From assembly GCA_965217185.1 (NCBI GenBank), contig OZ244252.1, positions 512,001 through 576,000 on the forward strand: 64,000 bases of DNA. The letters run 5' to 3'. Position 1 is the first letter of the stretch. The number at the start of each line of letters is the position of its first letter. Position numbers and translations under genes: made by a program. Source of the DNA: an uncultured Candidatus Entotheonella sp. Lineage in GTDB: Bacteria; Tectomicrobia; Entotheonellia; Entotheonellales; Entotheonellaceae. This document shows, one piece after another, positions 9,052 to 20,045 of this stretch. The notes beneath the pieces are model-generated. The model saw only the letters and a list, made by a program, of their open reading frames with translations, searched no databases and was not told where the DNA came from.

Positions 9052-10547
9052 GAGCCACTTGCAGAATTGCGTGTACGAGTGGGATTTTCTTTCTCCGTGT
9101 CAAGCGCGGGGCAGGCTCTGGGGCTGATTGGTGGACATTGGGGCCGCTTTCTGATTCTGTTGAGTTGTCAAACAACCGAATCAGGAGGAACGACCCCAAT
9201 GGCCTTACGTGAGATACTATCGAGTTACTGGTCTTGCTTTCAAGCGCTGCTGTTCCCGCAGCTTGAGGAAACGATCGGGGCGCTGGGGGAACGCCATCAG
9301 CGCTTCGTCATGGTGCTCGAATGGGTGCGGGTGGAAACGCTGCTGCCGTACCAGCACCGGCGTCGCGGCTGTCCGCCAAGCGACCGCGCGGCCTTAGCCC
9401 GCGCCTTCATCGCCAAGGCCGTCTTCGCGCTGGTTAGCACCCGGATGTTGCTTGATCGTCTGCGCCACGACAGCACTCTGCGCCGGTTGTGCGGCTGGCG
9501 TAGCGTCAAGCACATTCCGAGCGAGGCGACGTTTTCACGTGCCTTTGCCGAATTTGCCGACAGCGCCTTGCCGAGCCACCTGCACGAGGCGCTGATCAAA
9601 CGCACCCAGGGTGAGCGTCTGGCAGGCCATATTTCACGCGATTCGACGGCGATTGAAGGGCGCGAGAGACCGACCCCGAAGGCGCCGCAGCCGGCCAAGC
9701 CGAAGCGGCGGCGCGGGCGTCCGCGCAAGGGCGAGGAGCGCCCCACGGAGCCGCGCCGTCTGGAGCGCCAGCGCAACATGACCCTGCCGGAGATGCTCGC
9801 CGACTTGCCGTACGCCTGTGACATTGGCGTCAAGCGCGACGCCAAGGGCTATCAGACGTCATGGAGCGGCTACAAGTTGCATATTGACGCGGCCGACGGC
9901 GCCATCCCGGTCAGTTGCCTGCTTACCTCGGCGTCGCTGCACGACAGCCAAGTCGCCATCCCGCTGGCGACCCTGACGGCGGAGCGAGTCCGCAACCTGT
10001 ATGACCTGATGGACAGCGCCTACGATGCCCCGGAAATCCGCGCCCACAGCCGCGCCCTGGGTCATGTTGCGATCATCGACGTCAACCCCCGCAGCGGCGC
10101 GCGCAAGCAGGCGCTGCGGCAGGAGAGGCAGGCACGGCGTGCCTGTGGGTTGGTCCTGTCTGAGGAGAGACGTTACCACGAACGCTCGACCGTCGAGCGC
10201 GTCAATGGTCGCCTCAAGGATGAATTCGGAGGTCGCAGCGTGCGCGTGCGCGGCCATGCCAAGGTGCTGTGTCATCTGATGTTCGGGATTGTGGCGCTCA
10301 CGGTTGATCAGTTGATGCGCTTGGTGACCTGAAGCTGGTCTCGCGGCCCCGTTTCCTCCATCCCGGCACGCGCTGCTGTCCTGTACGCAGGGGGGAGAGT
10401 TGCGTCCGCATCGCAAGACGGGAGCCGGAACTCGGCACCGCCATGGCTGAATTCGTGGCAATTGGAACCACCGACGGCAAATGATTCACCGTACGGTCTC
10501 ATGACAACCGCTCCGAGGCCAAACTAGCGGAGTTTTGCAAGTGGCTC
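9052..10547 (+). mobile_element. Insertion sequence, 1496 bp, IS1182/IS5-like DDE type
   Basis: TIRs GAGCCACTTGCAGAA / GAGCCACTTGCAAAA; 4-bp AGAT duplication at 9048-9051 and 10548-10551. Confidence 0.92.
9199..10332 (+). CDS. DDE transposase (intact)
   Basis: ATG 9199 after GGAGG. Motifs ISRDSTAI, GYKLH, DSAYD and VERVNGRLK. Confidence 0.9.
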   Translation: MALREILSSYWSCFQALLFPQLEETIGALGERHQRFVMVLEWVRVETLLPYQHRRRGCPPSDRAALARAFIAKAVFALVSTRMLLDRLRHDSTLRRLCGWRSVKHIPSEATFSRAFAEFADSALPSHLHEALIKRTQGERLAGHISRDSTAIEGRERPTPKAPQPAKPKRRRGRPRKGEERPTEPRRLERQRNMTLPEMLADLPYACDIGVKRDAKGYQTSWSGYKLHIDAADGAIPVSCLLTSASLHDSQVAIPLATLTAERVRNLYDLMDSAYDAPEIRAHSRALGHVAIIDVNPRSGARKQALRQERQARRACGLVLSEERRYHERSTVERVNGRLKDEFGGRSVRVRGHAKVLCHLMFGIVALTVDQLMRLVT

Positions 10548-12257
10548 AGATGTCATCAAAATACTTCGCTACGTAATTCGCCAATAGTCTTCCATTTTTG
10601 TTGTCGTGATGTTTTATCCCGTCCAGTGCTTCATTTAGTAGTGGGTGCTCAAATGGATCCGCTGGACGTTTCCAATCCAACAGTCTGCTGGTTGCTACGC
10701 CCCAGGTGCCGCCTATTGCCGTCCAATCCAATTCCCCCGCGTCTCGGCCATTGTCCAGAAATCCGAGCCAATACATGTAGGGCCGAAGCTCACGGATATA
10801 CGACATCCGGTTTGCGTACGGCGGAGAGGTAATGACGAGGTCGAAAGGACCCTTTACAGCTTCCTGAAGGTTTCTGGAATCGCCAAGAACTACGTGCCCC
10901 GACCCTGCTGGGTTCTCCTCCGCACCTTCCAGTACGAACCGCACGTTTTCGCTGAACACGTGACCCATATCGACATTAAGCGGGAGATGCAATTGCCCGC
11001 ATTCTTTGAAAGACATGGACTGGTGATTGAACGCCGCGTTTGAAAGTTCGATCAGTGTCCTGCAGAACGCTATCGACAGAAGCGCCTTTTCCGATGAATC
11101 CCTTTTGCTTTCCATTTCGATACCGGCCTTGAGCCTGCATAAGAATTCCAGCGTTTTTTCGGGCCACCATCTTGCAATGTTATGAATCGGCGGCGCCTTC
11201 CCGGGCTCAACTGATTTTCGCTTTACCGACTCAACCACCCTTGCATGTGCCCTGTGCGTTGAAAGGATCGAAGGTCTGGAGTACGAAGCCGTTTTTACTT
11301 GGCCGAGCCAAACAAGAAAGGGGTTGATATCCGTCGTTACGCCTTCGTGTCCGTGATACGCTGCACTCAGCGCCGTCGTTGTAGTTCCGCAAAAGGGATC
11401 CAGCACGCGCAGCGGTTTTTCATATTGCTGCATGAGCTCTTCAACAATCTTGACTGAGTACGCTGGTGTTAGGCGCAGCCAACCATGTCGTCCCGTTTTC
11501 GCGTTGAATTTATGCGTATAGTCGGCTCTTTGGCGGATATCTTCTCTGGCAACTGAACTCATCTCGTCTCCGTAGCCAACAACTTATTCAGAGTGGTATC
11601 GATCTCTTCCCGAAGTGTGCCACTGTTCCGTTCAAAGAAGGCTGCCAAGTCGTATCCAACGACGTCTCTCATGAAGTCGTAGGTCGATAGCCGGGGATCC
11701 GTAGCGCCAACGCCTCCCGTCATGACCGACCACTTCTCCGCGCGGTAACGCAGAAGAACATCATTATCGATTTGTCCTGACAAGATCACCGCGCACGGGA
11801 AATATCCTTTCGTATATGCCGCGGCGGCATTGGCGATGTCGGCATTCTGTCGCTTCGAGTCCTTGCTCTTGTACCCCTGCCTGACTTCAAAGACCGTGCC
11901 CGTCAAAATCTGGAATACCTTTCGGTCAACTTCCAACATTTTCGCTGAGTCGCGCATCCACTTACGGAAACGATTCCGCTTGCCTTTGTCACGGATTTTC
12001 TCCAGCGGAACCCGTCCGTCCAGATATAATGTCCGTTGTCGTCCACTTGGCAACGTGACGCGATACGACCACGTCACATCATCTTGGGATAGATCGAACG
12101 CATCCTTCACGACCCTGCCGAAACAACTTCTCGCATCCAATCCCGATCTGCCTATACACGCTCGTTATTCCACCGGCTGCCTTGTGGGCTGCGTACATCA
12201 TCGGGTTATCCAACCCAAACCAGTTGTAAAAGGAATCTCCCTGATAGAGTTCCTGAA

Positions 12258-13545
12258 GGGCATCTCTAATAATACCCATCTCCCACGTGGTTTAGAATCA
12301 CTGAAACACGTCAACCAACAAGGCCGGAGGAGTGCAACATGGCTCAGATGGGCTTTTTCGATATCGAGAATCGCTACGCCGCTCTGGACGCCAAAAACGA
12401 TCCCCTGGTGAAGGTCAACGCTGCCGTTCCGTGGGAAGCGTTCCGCAGCCGCCTGGAGCAAGTCTGGCGCAAGCCAGCCGACAAGCGCAAGTCCAATGCG
12501 GGGTGCAAGCCGTGGGATGCCATCGTCATGTTCAAGGCCATCATTTTGTGCGCCCTCTACAATCTGTCGGACGACCAGGTCGAGTATCAGATGCGCGACC
12601 GCCTGTCCTTTGTGCGCTTCTTGGCCTTGACACTCGAAGACAAGGTGCCCGATGCCAAGACGGTGTGGCTCTACCGCGAACAGTTGTCACAGGCCGGCCT
12701 CATCGATGCCTTGTTCGAGGATTTCGACGGCTACCTGAAAAGCCAGGGCTACCAGGCGATGGGTGGCCAGATCATCGATGCTTCGATTGTCGCGGTTCCC
12801 ATGCAACGCAATCGTCGTGACGACAATGAGCAGATCAAACGGGGTGAGACACCTGAGGCCTGGGCCGACAAGCCAGCCAAGCGTCGACAAAAGGACAGGG
12901 ATGCGCGCTGGACGAAGAAGCACGGCAAGAGCCACTATGGCTACAAGAATCACGTCACCATCGACCGTCGGCACAAGCTGATACGGCGTTACCGGGTGAC
13001 GGATGCGGCGGTGCACGACAGCCAAGTGATTGAGGAGTTGCTTACGTCGGACAACACGGCAAGCGGTGTCTGGGCGGACAGCGCCTAGCGGTCGAAAGCC
13101 ATTGAAGCGACGCTGAAGGCCAGGGGTTTGAGGAGTCGGATTCATCGCAAGGGCTATCGCAACCGTCCGTTGCGTGATTGGGAGAAAGCAGGCAACCAGA
13201 GCCGTTCACGGTTTCGGGTACGGGTAGAGCATGTCTTCGGGGCGCAGCAAAACGACATGGGCGGGACGTTGGTTCGCAGCATCGGGCTTGTACGGGCGAG
13301 GGCGCGGATAGGTCTCAAGAACCTTGCCTACAACATGCGTCGCCTGATTCAATTACAACGCCTTGCGAGCGCCAGTTGAGCGCCAACGGTGCGGAAGGGT
13401 GCACCGGAGGCCCTCATTGGAAGGCGAATCCTCCTTGCTGGGAGGCAGTCCCCCTGGACAGCCGAGTTCATTTTCTCACCGACATGCCAGCGAATTGCCA
13501 CTCTCGCCATCTATGACTATCCACGAGGCATTTTTCGAGATGCCC
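12258..13545 (+). mobile_element. IS5-family insertion sequence, 1288 bp
   Basis: TIRs GGGCATCTCTAATAAT / GGGCATCTCGAAAAAT; TGAA duplicated at 12254-12257 and 13546-13549. Confidence 0.92.
12339..13379 (+). pseudogene. IS5-family transposase with an internal amber stop
   Basis: IIDASIV, GYKNH and RVEHVFG motifs. TAG at 13086-13088 replaces Tyr of the ADSAY motif and the frame continues. Confidence 0.88.
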
Positions 13546-13786
13546 TGAAACTGCTCCAGCGTCAAACCGCCGCCTTTCGCCCCCTGTCCGAATTTCGGCC
13601 TGTATTGTGCGCAGACACGAATCGCATCAAGTATGATCTGCACATACTGCTCATCTGTACCGTTCATGCTGGTCCCTGCCATCTGTTTCACCGGAGATGT
13701 ACCAACTACAGTCCTATAATAACAGCACGCAAAGGATGGATTCCAAATGGACACCGGGACCGATACCCGCCGCAGGAGTAGTTCTT

Positions 13787-14137
13787 ATGACCGAGTTTGT
13801 CCCCGTCTGCAAAGCGGCTGATCTATCCCCCGGCAGCATGACCTGGGTCGCCGTGGACCGGGAGCGGGTGCTGCTGGCCAACGTCGAGGGAAGGTTTTAC
13901 GCGCTCAGTGACGTGTGCGGCCACCTGCGCGCACCGCTGTCGCGCGGTCGGCTGGACGGCTACAGCGTCGAATGCCCCCTGCACTTCGCCTGTTTTGACG
14001 TCCGCACCGGAGCGTTGATCAGCGGCCCGATTGCCACCGACGTGTCCACCTACCAGGTTCGTGTCGAGGACGGCACCGTGTACGTCAGCTCCCAACCGCA
14101 GGCTGGCCTGCTGGACGCCGACTCGAAAATGCCTTAA
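13787..14137 (+). CDS. Rieske-type [2Fe-2S] ferredoxin
   Basis: CGH...CPLH ligands; AGGAG RBS. Confidence 0.9.
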   Translation: MTEFVPVCKAADLSPGSMTWVAVDRERVLLANVEGRFYALSDVCGHLRAPLSRGRLDGYSVECPLHFACFDVRTGALISGPIATDVSTYQVRVEDGTVYVSSQPQAGLLDADSKMP

Positions 14138-14183
14138 TAATGTCCCTTCACTTCGTTCACGCCACGCATCGAGGACCCCGCAC

Positions 14184-14828
14184 ATGGAAAAATTCACCAC
14201 CCTGAGCGGCATTGCGGCACCCATGGACATGATGAACATCGACACCGATCAGATCATCCCCAAGCTGCACCTGCGCACCATCAAGCGGACGGGCCTCGGC
14301 AAGGTGGTCTTCGACGAGTTGCGCTTCAACGCCGACGGCAGCGAAAAGCCGGACTTCGTGCTTAATCGCGAGCCGTACCGCCGCGCTAACATCCTCGTCG
14401 CCGGGGACAATTTCGGCTGCGGGTCGTCGCGCGAGCACGCTCCCTGGGCGCTGCTCGACTTTGGCATCCGCTGCATCATCTCCACCAGCTTCGCCGATAT
14501 CTTCTACAACAATTGCTTCAAGAACGGCATCCTGCCCGTCACCGTCGGCAAGGACGACTGGCGCCTGCTGCTGAACGACGCCGCCAACCCGGAAAGCCCC
14601 AGACTGATAGTGGACCTCGAAGCCCTGAAAATCACCCGGCCCAACGGCGACCCGATCACCTTTGAGATCGACGGCTTCCGGCGTGACTGCCTGTTGAACG
14701 GCCTTGACGACATCGGTCTGACGCTGCAGAAAGCTGACAAGATCGACGCCTTTGAGACAACTCAGAGAAAACAGCAGCCCTGGCTGTACGCTCCGGCTGG
14801 GCCCACAGCGAGCGTCAGTCGAGCGTAG
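14184..14828 (+). CDS. leuD: 3-isopropylmalate dehydratase small subunit
   Basis: [24 protein letters not shown] and [12 protein letters not shown]. Confidence 0.92.
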   Translation: MEKFTTLSGIAAPMDMMNIDTDQIIPKLHLRTIKRTGLGKVVFDELRFNADGSEKPDFVLNREPYRRANILVAGDNFGCGSSREHAPWALLDFGIRCIISTSFADIFYNNCFKNGILPVTVGKDDWRLLLNDAANPESPRLIVDLEALKITRPNGDPITFEIDGFRRDCLLNGLDDIGLTLQKADKIDAFETTQRKQQPWLYAPAGPTASVSRA

Positions 14829-14870
14829 AAAACAAATCTGCACGAGTGTAGCGAGTGAAGGAGAGCCGCT

Positions 14871-16280
14871 GTGGCGAGCCCGCAAACCCTGTTCGATAAA
14901 ATCTGGCAGAGCCACGTCGTGGACGCGCAGGACGACGGCACCACGATTCTGTACATCGACCGGCACCTTCTGCACGAGGTGCTGTCGCCGCAAGCCTTCG
15001 AGGGTCTGCGGCTGGCTGGACGCCAGGTGCGGCGGCGCGACGCGACTCTGGCCGTGGCCGACCACAACGTTCCCACCACCGACCGCCGGCAGGGCATTGA
15101 AGACCCGGAATCTCGCCTGCAGGTCGAGACCCTGAGCATCAACTGCAAGGAATTCGACGTACCGATCTTCGACATGCTGGACCCGCGTCAGGGTATCGTG
15201 CACGTCATCGGGCCGGAGCAGGGCTTCACCCTGCCGGGCGCCACCGTGGTGTGCTGCGACAGCCATACCGCCACGCACGGGGCGTTCGGGGCGCTGGCGT
15301 TCGGTATCGGCACCTCCGAGGGCGAGCACGTGCTGGCCACGCAGACGCTGCGCACTTCCAAGCCCAAAAACATGCGGGTGCTGGTCGATGACCCGTTGCC
15401 GCCGGGCTGCACCGGCAAGGACCTCATCCTGACGATCATCGGGCGCATCGGCACCGCCGGCGGCACTGGCCATATCGTCGAATACGTCGGGCGGGCCTTT
15501 CGCGACTTGTCCATGGAAGGGCGCATGACGGTCAGCAACATGACCATCGAGGCCGGTGCTCGCGCCGGTCTGGTGGCGCCCGACGACAAAACGTTTGCCT
15601 ATCTCAAGGGCCGCCCCATGGCGCCGCAGGGAGCGCAGTGGGACGCCGCGGTAGCCTATTGGCGGACGCTCAAATCCGACGATGGCGCCGTGTATGATCG
15701 CGAGGTGCGGATCGACGCCGCGGACATCGCCCCGCAGGTGACCTGGGGCACCAGCCCCGAGGACGTGGTGCCGATTACCGGCGCGGTGCCCGATCCGCAG
15801 GACGCGCCCACCGAAGCCAAGCGCGCCGCCATGTGCCGGTCGCTGGACTACATGGGGCTGACACCGGGCACCCGGATGACCGACGTGTCCATCGACAACG
15901 TTTTCATCGGCTCGTGCACCAATAGCCGCATTGAGGACCTGCGTGCCGCCGCCGACATCCTGCGCGGCCGGCAGGTTGCCGCCCACGTGGACGCGATGGT
16001 GTCGCCGGGGTCGTCGATCATCAAGCAGCAGGCCGAAGCCGAGGGGCTGGACCAGGTTTTCATCGCTGCCGGCTTCCAGTGGCGCGAATCCGGCTGCTCC
16101 ATGTGTCTGGGCATGAACCCCGACCGCGTGCCGCCCGGCAAGCGCTGTGCCTCCACCTCGAACCGCAACTTCGAGGGCCGCCAAGGCCGCGATGCCCGCA
16201 CCCATCTCGTCAGTCCGGCGATGGCCGCCGCCGCGGCGGTCACAGGCCGTCTCACTGACGTGCGCCAACTGGCCCGCTGA
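14871..16280 (+). CDS. leuC: 3-isopropylmalate dehydratase large subunit
   Basis: [31 protein letters not shown] and [12 protein letters not shown]. Confidence 0.92.
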   Translation: MASPQTLFDKIWQSHVVDAQDDGTTILYIDRHLLHEVLSPQAFEGLRLAGRQVRRRDATLAVADHNVPTTDRRQGIEDPESRLQVETLSINCKEFDVPIFDMLDPRQGIVHVIGPEQGFTLPGATVVCCDSHTATHGAFGALAFGIGTSEGEHVLATQTLRTSKPKNMRVLVDDPLPPGCTGKDLILTIIGRIGTAGGTGHIVEYVGRAFRDLSMEGRMTVSNMTIEAGARAGLVAPDDKTFAYLKGRPMAPQGAQWDAAVAYWRTLKSDDGAVYDREVRIDAADIAPQVTWGTSPEDVVPITGAVPDPQDAPTEAKRAAMCRSLDYMGLTPGTRMTDVSIDNVFIGSCTNSRIEDLRAAADILRGRQVAAHVDAMVSPGSSIIKQQAEAEGLDQVFIAAGFQWRESGCSMCLGMNPDRVPPGKRCASTSNRNFEGRQGRDARTHLVSPAMAAAAAVTGRLTDVRQLAR

Positions 16281-16289
16281 GAGGTCCGC

Positions 16290-17345
16290 ATGGTGCAGCG
16301 TCTTTCCGTCCTCGACCAAACTATCGCCGCCGCCGGTCAGCCCGCCCACGTCGCCATCCGCAACACCGTGGCGCTGGCGCAGCATTGCGAACGGCTGGGA
16401 TATGCGCGCTTCTGGGTCTCTGAACACCACAACCACCCGACCATCCTCGGCACGGCGCCGGAAATTCTGATCAGCGCCATCGCGGTCACCACGTCACGCA
16501 TCCGCGTCGGCAGTGCCGGGATCATGCTGCCGCACTACGCGCCGTTCAAAGTCGCCGAGCAGTTCCGTGTGCTCGACGCCCTGGCGCCTGGGCGTATTGA
16601 TCTGGGATTGGGGCGTGCGCCTGGCTCGGACGGCCTGACAGCCTTTGCCCTGCACCCGCTGGCGAATGAGCGACCGGCGCAATTCCCCGCCGACGTGCGC
16701 GACCTGCTGGCCTGGGTAAGCGGCGCGCCCCTGGCCGACGGCCATCCGTTTGCCGCGGTCAAGGCGCACCCGATGAGCGACACCGTGCCGGAGACGTGGA
16801 TTCTCGGCAGCTCGACCTATGGCGCGCAGGTGGCGGCGCATTTCGGCTTGCCGTACTGCTTCGCTTGGTTCTTCACCGACGGCCAAGGCGCCCGACAGGC
16901 GCTGCGGGTTTATCAGGGGGCTTACCAGCCCAGTGAGCGGCACCCGCATCCGCACGCCGGTATCTGCGTGTGGGCCCTGGCCGCCGACAGCGAGGAAGAG
17001 GCGCAGTACCACTTCACCTCGCGGGCCATTTGGCGCCTGTCGCGCGACCGCGGCGTGTTTCTGCCGTTTGAAGCGCCTGACGTCGCCGCTGCGCAACCGC
17101 TGAGCGCCGCTGAGACAAAGCGGGTGGAACAATTGCGCCGCGATTCGTTGGTAGGCACCAAGGAGCACGTGGCGGCCCGCATCCGCGAGCTCGCCGAGGA
17201 CCTCAACGTGGATGAAGTTGCGGTCGTCACCTGGACTTACGATGAGGCCGTCCGCCGGCGCAGCTACGAACTCCTGGCCCAGGCTTTCGAGCACGCTTAT
17301 CAAGCCATCCCTACAACCCCTGAGAGTGTCCCGCTGCAGTCGTAA
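16290..17345 (+). CDS. LLM-class flavin-dependent oxidoreductase
   Basis: RFWVSEHH, RIRVGSAGIMLPHY and GRIDLGLGRAPG. Confidence 0.9.
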   Translation: MVQRLSVLDQTIAAAGQPAHVAIRNTVALAQHCERLGYARFWVSEHHNHPTILGTAPEILISAIAVTTSRIRVGSAGIMLPHYAPFKVAEQFRVLDALAPGRIDLGLGRAPGSDGLTAFALHPLANERPAQFPADVRDLLAWVSGAPLADGHPFAAVKAHPMSDTVPETWILGSSTYGAQVAAHFGLPYCFAWFFTDGQGARQALRVYQGAYQPSERHPHPHAGICVWALAADSEEEAQYHFTSRAIWRLSRDRGVFLPFEAPDVAAAQPLSAAETKRVEQLRRDSLVGTKEHVAARIRELAEDLNVDEVAVVTWTYDEAVRRRSYELLAQAFEHAYQAIPTTPESVPLQS

Positions 17346-17381
17346 GGCGCGCGCCGCCTGCTGGCTGATCTACGGAGAGTT

Positions 17382-19070
17382 ATGGATACCCCGCAACCGT
17401 TCAGCCTGCTATGGCCTACCGGCGCGTCACGCCGCCATACGGAATTGGACGCCCAGTGCGTGCGCGACCTGGAGTTGGACCAGACCCTCTTGGCGCTCAC
17501 GCGCAGCAGCATCGAACGCAGCAAAGTTCGGGACATTCTCACTCGTATCTGCACCGACCCCGCCGTCATTGCCTATCGTCAGGACGTCATCGAAGACCTG
17601 TGGAACCATGCGGCATTCCGGGAGGGTTTGGAAGCCCTCCTGCCGTCCGTTGGCGCCCTGGACTCGTATCGCTCCTCCTTTAATCGTAAACGTTCCGCGT
17701 TTCAGGACGTGACGTGGCGCCTGGGCGAACTGGACCATTTCGTGAGTTGCGTCAGCGGCCTGAACAGCCTGTTCGACGTGGTGGGGGAGGGCGTGCGGGC
17801 CGAGGGTTGGCGCACTCTGTGCGGCCTCATTGCCCACACCGCCGACGACCCCGTCTACCGCAACCTGACGCGCGAGCTACCGGACATGCTCGATACGTTG
17901 CGCACCAAGGCAAGCGTCACCATCGGCGTCAATCTGGACAGCCAACTGCGGCCGGTAGCGGCCACGCTGCTGTCGGTCAACGCCCGGCGCTTCGTCTCGT
18001 CGTCGTTCCTCGATCGTCTCCTGGGGCGGGAGGGCGACGAATTCAAGGGTATCGGCCCGCTGCACAGCGTGCCCGAGCTTGATCCCGGCCCCGGCATCCC
18101 GGGTCTGGCGGGCGGCCGTCAGGACGTCAATCCGCTCATGGTGCCGCTGTTCAGCGACCTCGCTCGCGTGTTGGATTCCGTCTGCCGGCCGATTGCCCGC
18201 ATCCTGCGCCGCTACGTCACCGTGCAGAGCGGCTTTCTGGCGACGCTGAGCGGCGACATGACGTTTTACTTGGCTGCCATCCGGCTCATGGAGCGGCTGC
18301 GGAACCACGGGTTGCCGGTATGCCGGCCCGGTATTGCGCCGATGGACGAGCGGGCTGGCGAGTTGCGTGAGGCTTACAATCTGAATCTGGCGTTGCAGGG
18401 TGCGGGAGAGACAGATGGGCCGGACCGCATTGTCAGGAACGACGTTTGCATGGATCGCGACCGTCGCATCACGATTCTGACCGGCCCCAATCAGGGCGGC
18501 AAGACGACCTACACGCAGATGGTCGGCCTGTGCCAGATCCTCGCTCAGGCCGGCCTGTGGTTGCCGGCGACGGAGGCCCGCGTCAGCCCGGTCGACAATA
18601 TCTTCACCCACTACCCGGTCGAGGAGAGTCTGGCCAAGGCTACGGGGCGGTTTGGAGACGAAGCGCAGCGCCTGAGTCAGATCTTCAAGCGCGCCACGCG
18701 GCACAGCCTGATCCTGCTGAACGAATCGCTGGCCAGCACCAGCCCCGGCGAAAGCGTCTACTTGGCGCAGGACATCAGCCGCATCCTGCGCCGCATGGGC
18801 ACGCGCGCCATTTTTGCCACTCACCTGCACGAACTTGCCGCCGCCGTGCCCCAGCTCAATGCCGAAACGGACGGGGGCAGTGGGCTAGTGAGTCTGGTGG
18901 CGTCGCGCCTGCAGGACGGCGAGGACGGCGATAAACGGTCGTACAAGATTCTTCCGGGTCCGCCCATGGGGCGCAGCTATGCCCGTGAGATTGCCTCGAA
19001 ATACGGCATCAGCTACGAGCAATTGACGACGTTGCTGCAGGAGCGCGGCGTGTTGGACGAATCGTCCTGA
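17382..19070 (+). CDS. Short MutS-like ATPase (MutS domain V only)
   Basis: TGPNQGGKTT, LILLNESLAST and FATHLHEL; no N-terminal mismatch-binding domain. Confidence 0.85.
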   Translation: MDTPQPFSLLWPTGASRRHTELDAQCVRDLELDQTLLALTRSSIERSKVRDILTRICTDPAVIAYRQDVIEDLWNHAAFREGLEALLPSVGALDSYRSSFNRKRSAFQDVTWRLGELDHFVSCVSGLNSLFDVVGEGVRAEGWRTLCGLIAHTADDPVYRNLTRELPDMLDTLRTKASVTIGVNLDSQLRPVAATLLSVNARRFVSSSFLDRLLGREGDEFKGIGPLHSVPELDPGPGIPGLAGGRQDVNPLMVPLFSDLARVLDSVCRPIARILRRYVTVQSGFLATLSGDMTFYLAAIRLMERLRNHGLPVCRPGIAPMDERAGELREAYNLNLALQGAGETDGPDRIVRNDVCMDRDRRITILTGPNQGGKTTYTQMVGLCQILAQAGLWLPATEARVSPVDNIFTHYPVEESLAKATGRFGDEAQRLSQIFKRATRHSLILLNESLASTSPGESVYLAQDISRILRRMGTRAIFATHLHELAAAVPQLNAETDGGSGLVSLVASRLQDGEDGDKRSYKILPGPPMGRSYAREIASKYGISYEQLTTLLQERGVLDESS

Positions 19071-19091
19071 TTCTTGCTGAGGAGAATGGGT

Positions 19092-20030
19092 ATGCGTATT
19101 GCGGTGGTGGGGGTTGGCGGTGTCGGCGGTTATTTTGGCGGGCGGTTGGCGCAGGCCGGTCACGACGTGACCTTTATAGCCCGAGGCGAACACCTGAAAG
19201 CCATGCTGCAAGAGGGGCTGCGGGTGGAGAGCATCAATGGCAATTTCGCCATCTCGCCCGTGCAGGCCACCGATAACCCGGCTGACATCGGCGCCGTCGA
19301 TCTCGTCATCATGGGTGTGAAGGCATGGCAAATCCCCGAGACCGCGGCCCGTCTCAGTCCGATGCTCGGGCCGGACACGTTGGTATTGCCCTTGCAGAAC
19401 GGCCTGGAAGCGTCCTCGCAAGTGGCGGAGGTTCTGGGTCCGGCGCCTGTGCTGGGAGGGCTGTGCGCCATCTACAGTTTCATCACGGCGCCGGGTTGCA
19501 TCCGCCACATTGGCATCGATCCATGGGTGACGTTCGGCGCCTTGCAGCCGAGCCAGGCGGATCGGTTGGCTGAGGTTCAGGCTGCCCTGCAGCAGGCCGG
19601 CGTGACGGCCAACATCGCGCCGGATATCCGCGTGCCGTTATGGGAAAAGTTTCTGGTGCTACGCTGGGGCGTCGTTGGCGCCGTGTCGCGCGTGCCCGCG
19701 GGCGTGCTACGCCGACTGCCGCAGGCTCGGGACATGATCGATCAGGCCGGTCGTGAAGTGTTGGACGTCGCCGAGACGCAAGGCATCGACATACCGGCGG
19801 ATGCCCTGCAGCGCAGCAGCGCGTTGCTGGATAGTCTGCCCGCCGCCGCCACCACCTCGATGCAGCGCGACGTCATGGAGGGCCGCCCCTCGGAGCTGGA
19901 CGCGCAGGCCGGGGCGCTGGTGCGCCTGGGCGAGCAGGCCGGCATCACCACGCCGCTGCACGCCTTCATTTACCACAGTTTGCTGCCGATGGAGATGCAG
20001 GCGCGTGGGGAAATCGGCGAGGAAGTTTGA
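19092..20030 (+). CDS. panE: Ketopantoate reductase family protein
   Basis: GVGGVGGYFG, LQNG and SMQRD...SELD. Confidence 0.85.
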   Translation: MRIAVVGVGGVGGYFGGRLAQAGHDVTFIARGEHLKAMLQEGLRVESINGNFAISPVQATDNPADIGAVDLVIMGVKAWQIPETAARLSPMLGPDTLVLPLQNGLEASSQVAEVLGPAPVLGGLCAIYSFITAPGCIRHIGIDPWVTFGALQPSQADRLAEVQAALQQAGVTANIAPDIRVPLWEKFLVLRWGVVGAVSRVPAGVLRRLPQARDMIDQAGREVLDVAETQGIDIPADALQRSSALLDSLPAAATTSMQRDVMEGRPSELDAQAGALVRLGEQAGITTPLHAFIYHSLLPMEMQARGEIGEEV

Positions 20031-20045
20031 CATCCGCTCGGTTTC

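Larger units (their letters stand above)
8815..11562 (-). pseudogene. N4-cytosine-type DNA methyltransferase of an R-M pair, interrupted by an IS
   Basis: VLDPFCGT and LVITSPPY motifs. Removing the IS and one AGAT gives ...KYFDDI-WKHFNSLVAVLNDGSEIHYIVGNS... in frame (415 aa). Confidence 0.88.
11559..13682 (-). pseudogene. Putative type II restriction endonuclease, interrupted by an IS5-type element and a +1 frameshift
   Basis: Rejoined frame ...LTLEQFQ-ELYQGDSFYNWFG...; extra G at 12113-12115 (CAG GGTC for CAG GTC); LDGR...FEVRQGYKSKD nuclease-like motif; ATGA overlap with the MTase. Confidence 0.75.

Noticed and set aside
8995..9198. N-terminal extension of the transposase ORF
   Set aside because: Begins outside the IS terminal repeat; the ATG at 9199 has an RBS.
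13086..13088. TAG read-through or pyrrolysine in the IS5 transposase
   Set aside because: A single-base change from the conserved Tyr codon is the simpler explanation; no recoding machinery is seen.
14157..16436. 759-aa minus-strand ORF
   Set aside because: Antisense shadow of leuD/leuC in high-GC DNA; no recognisable motifs.
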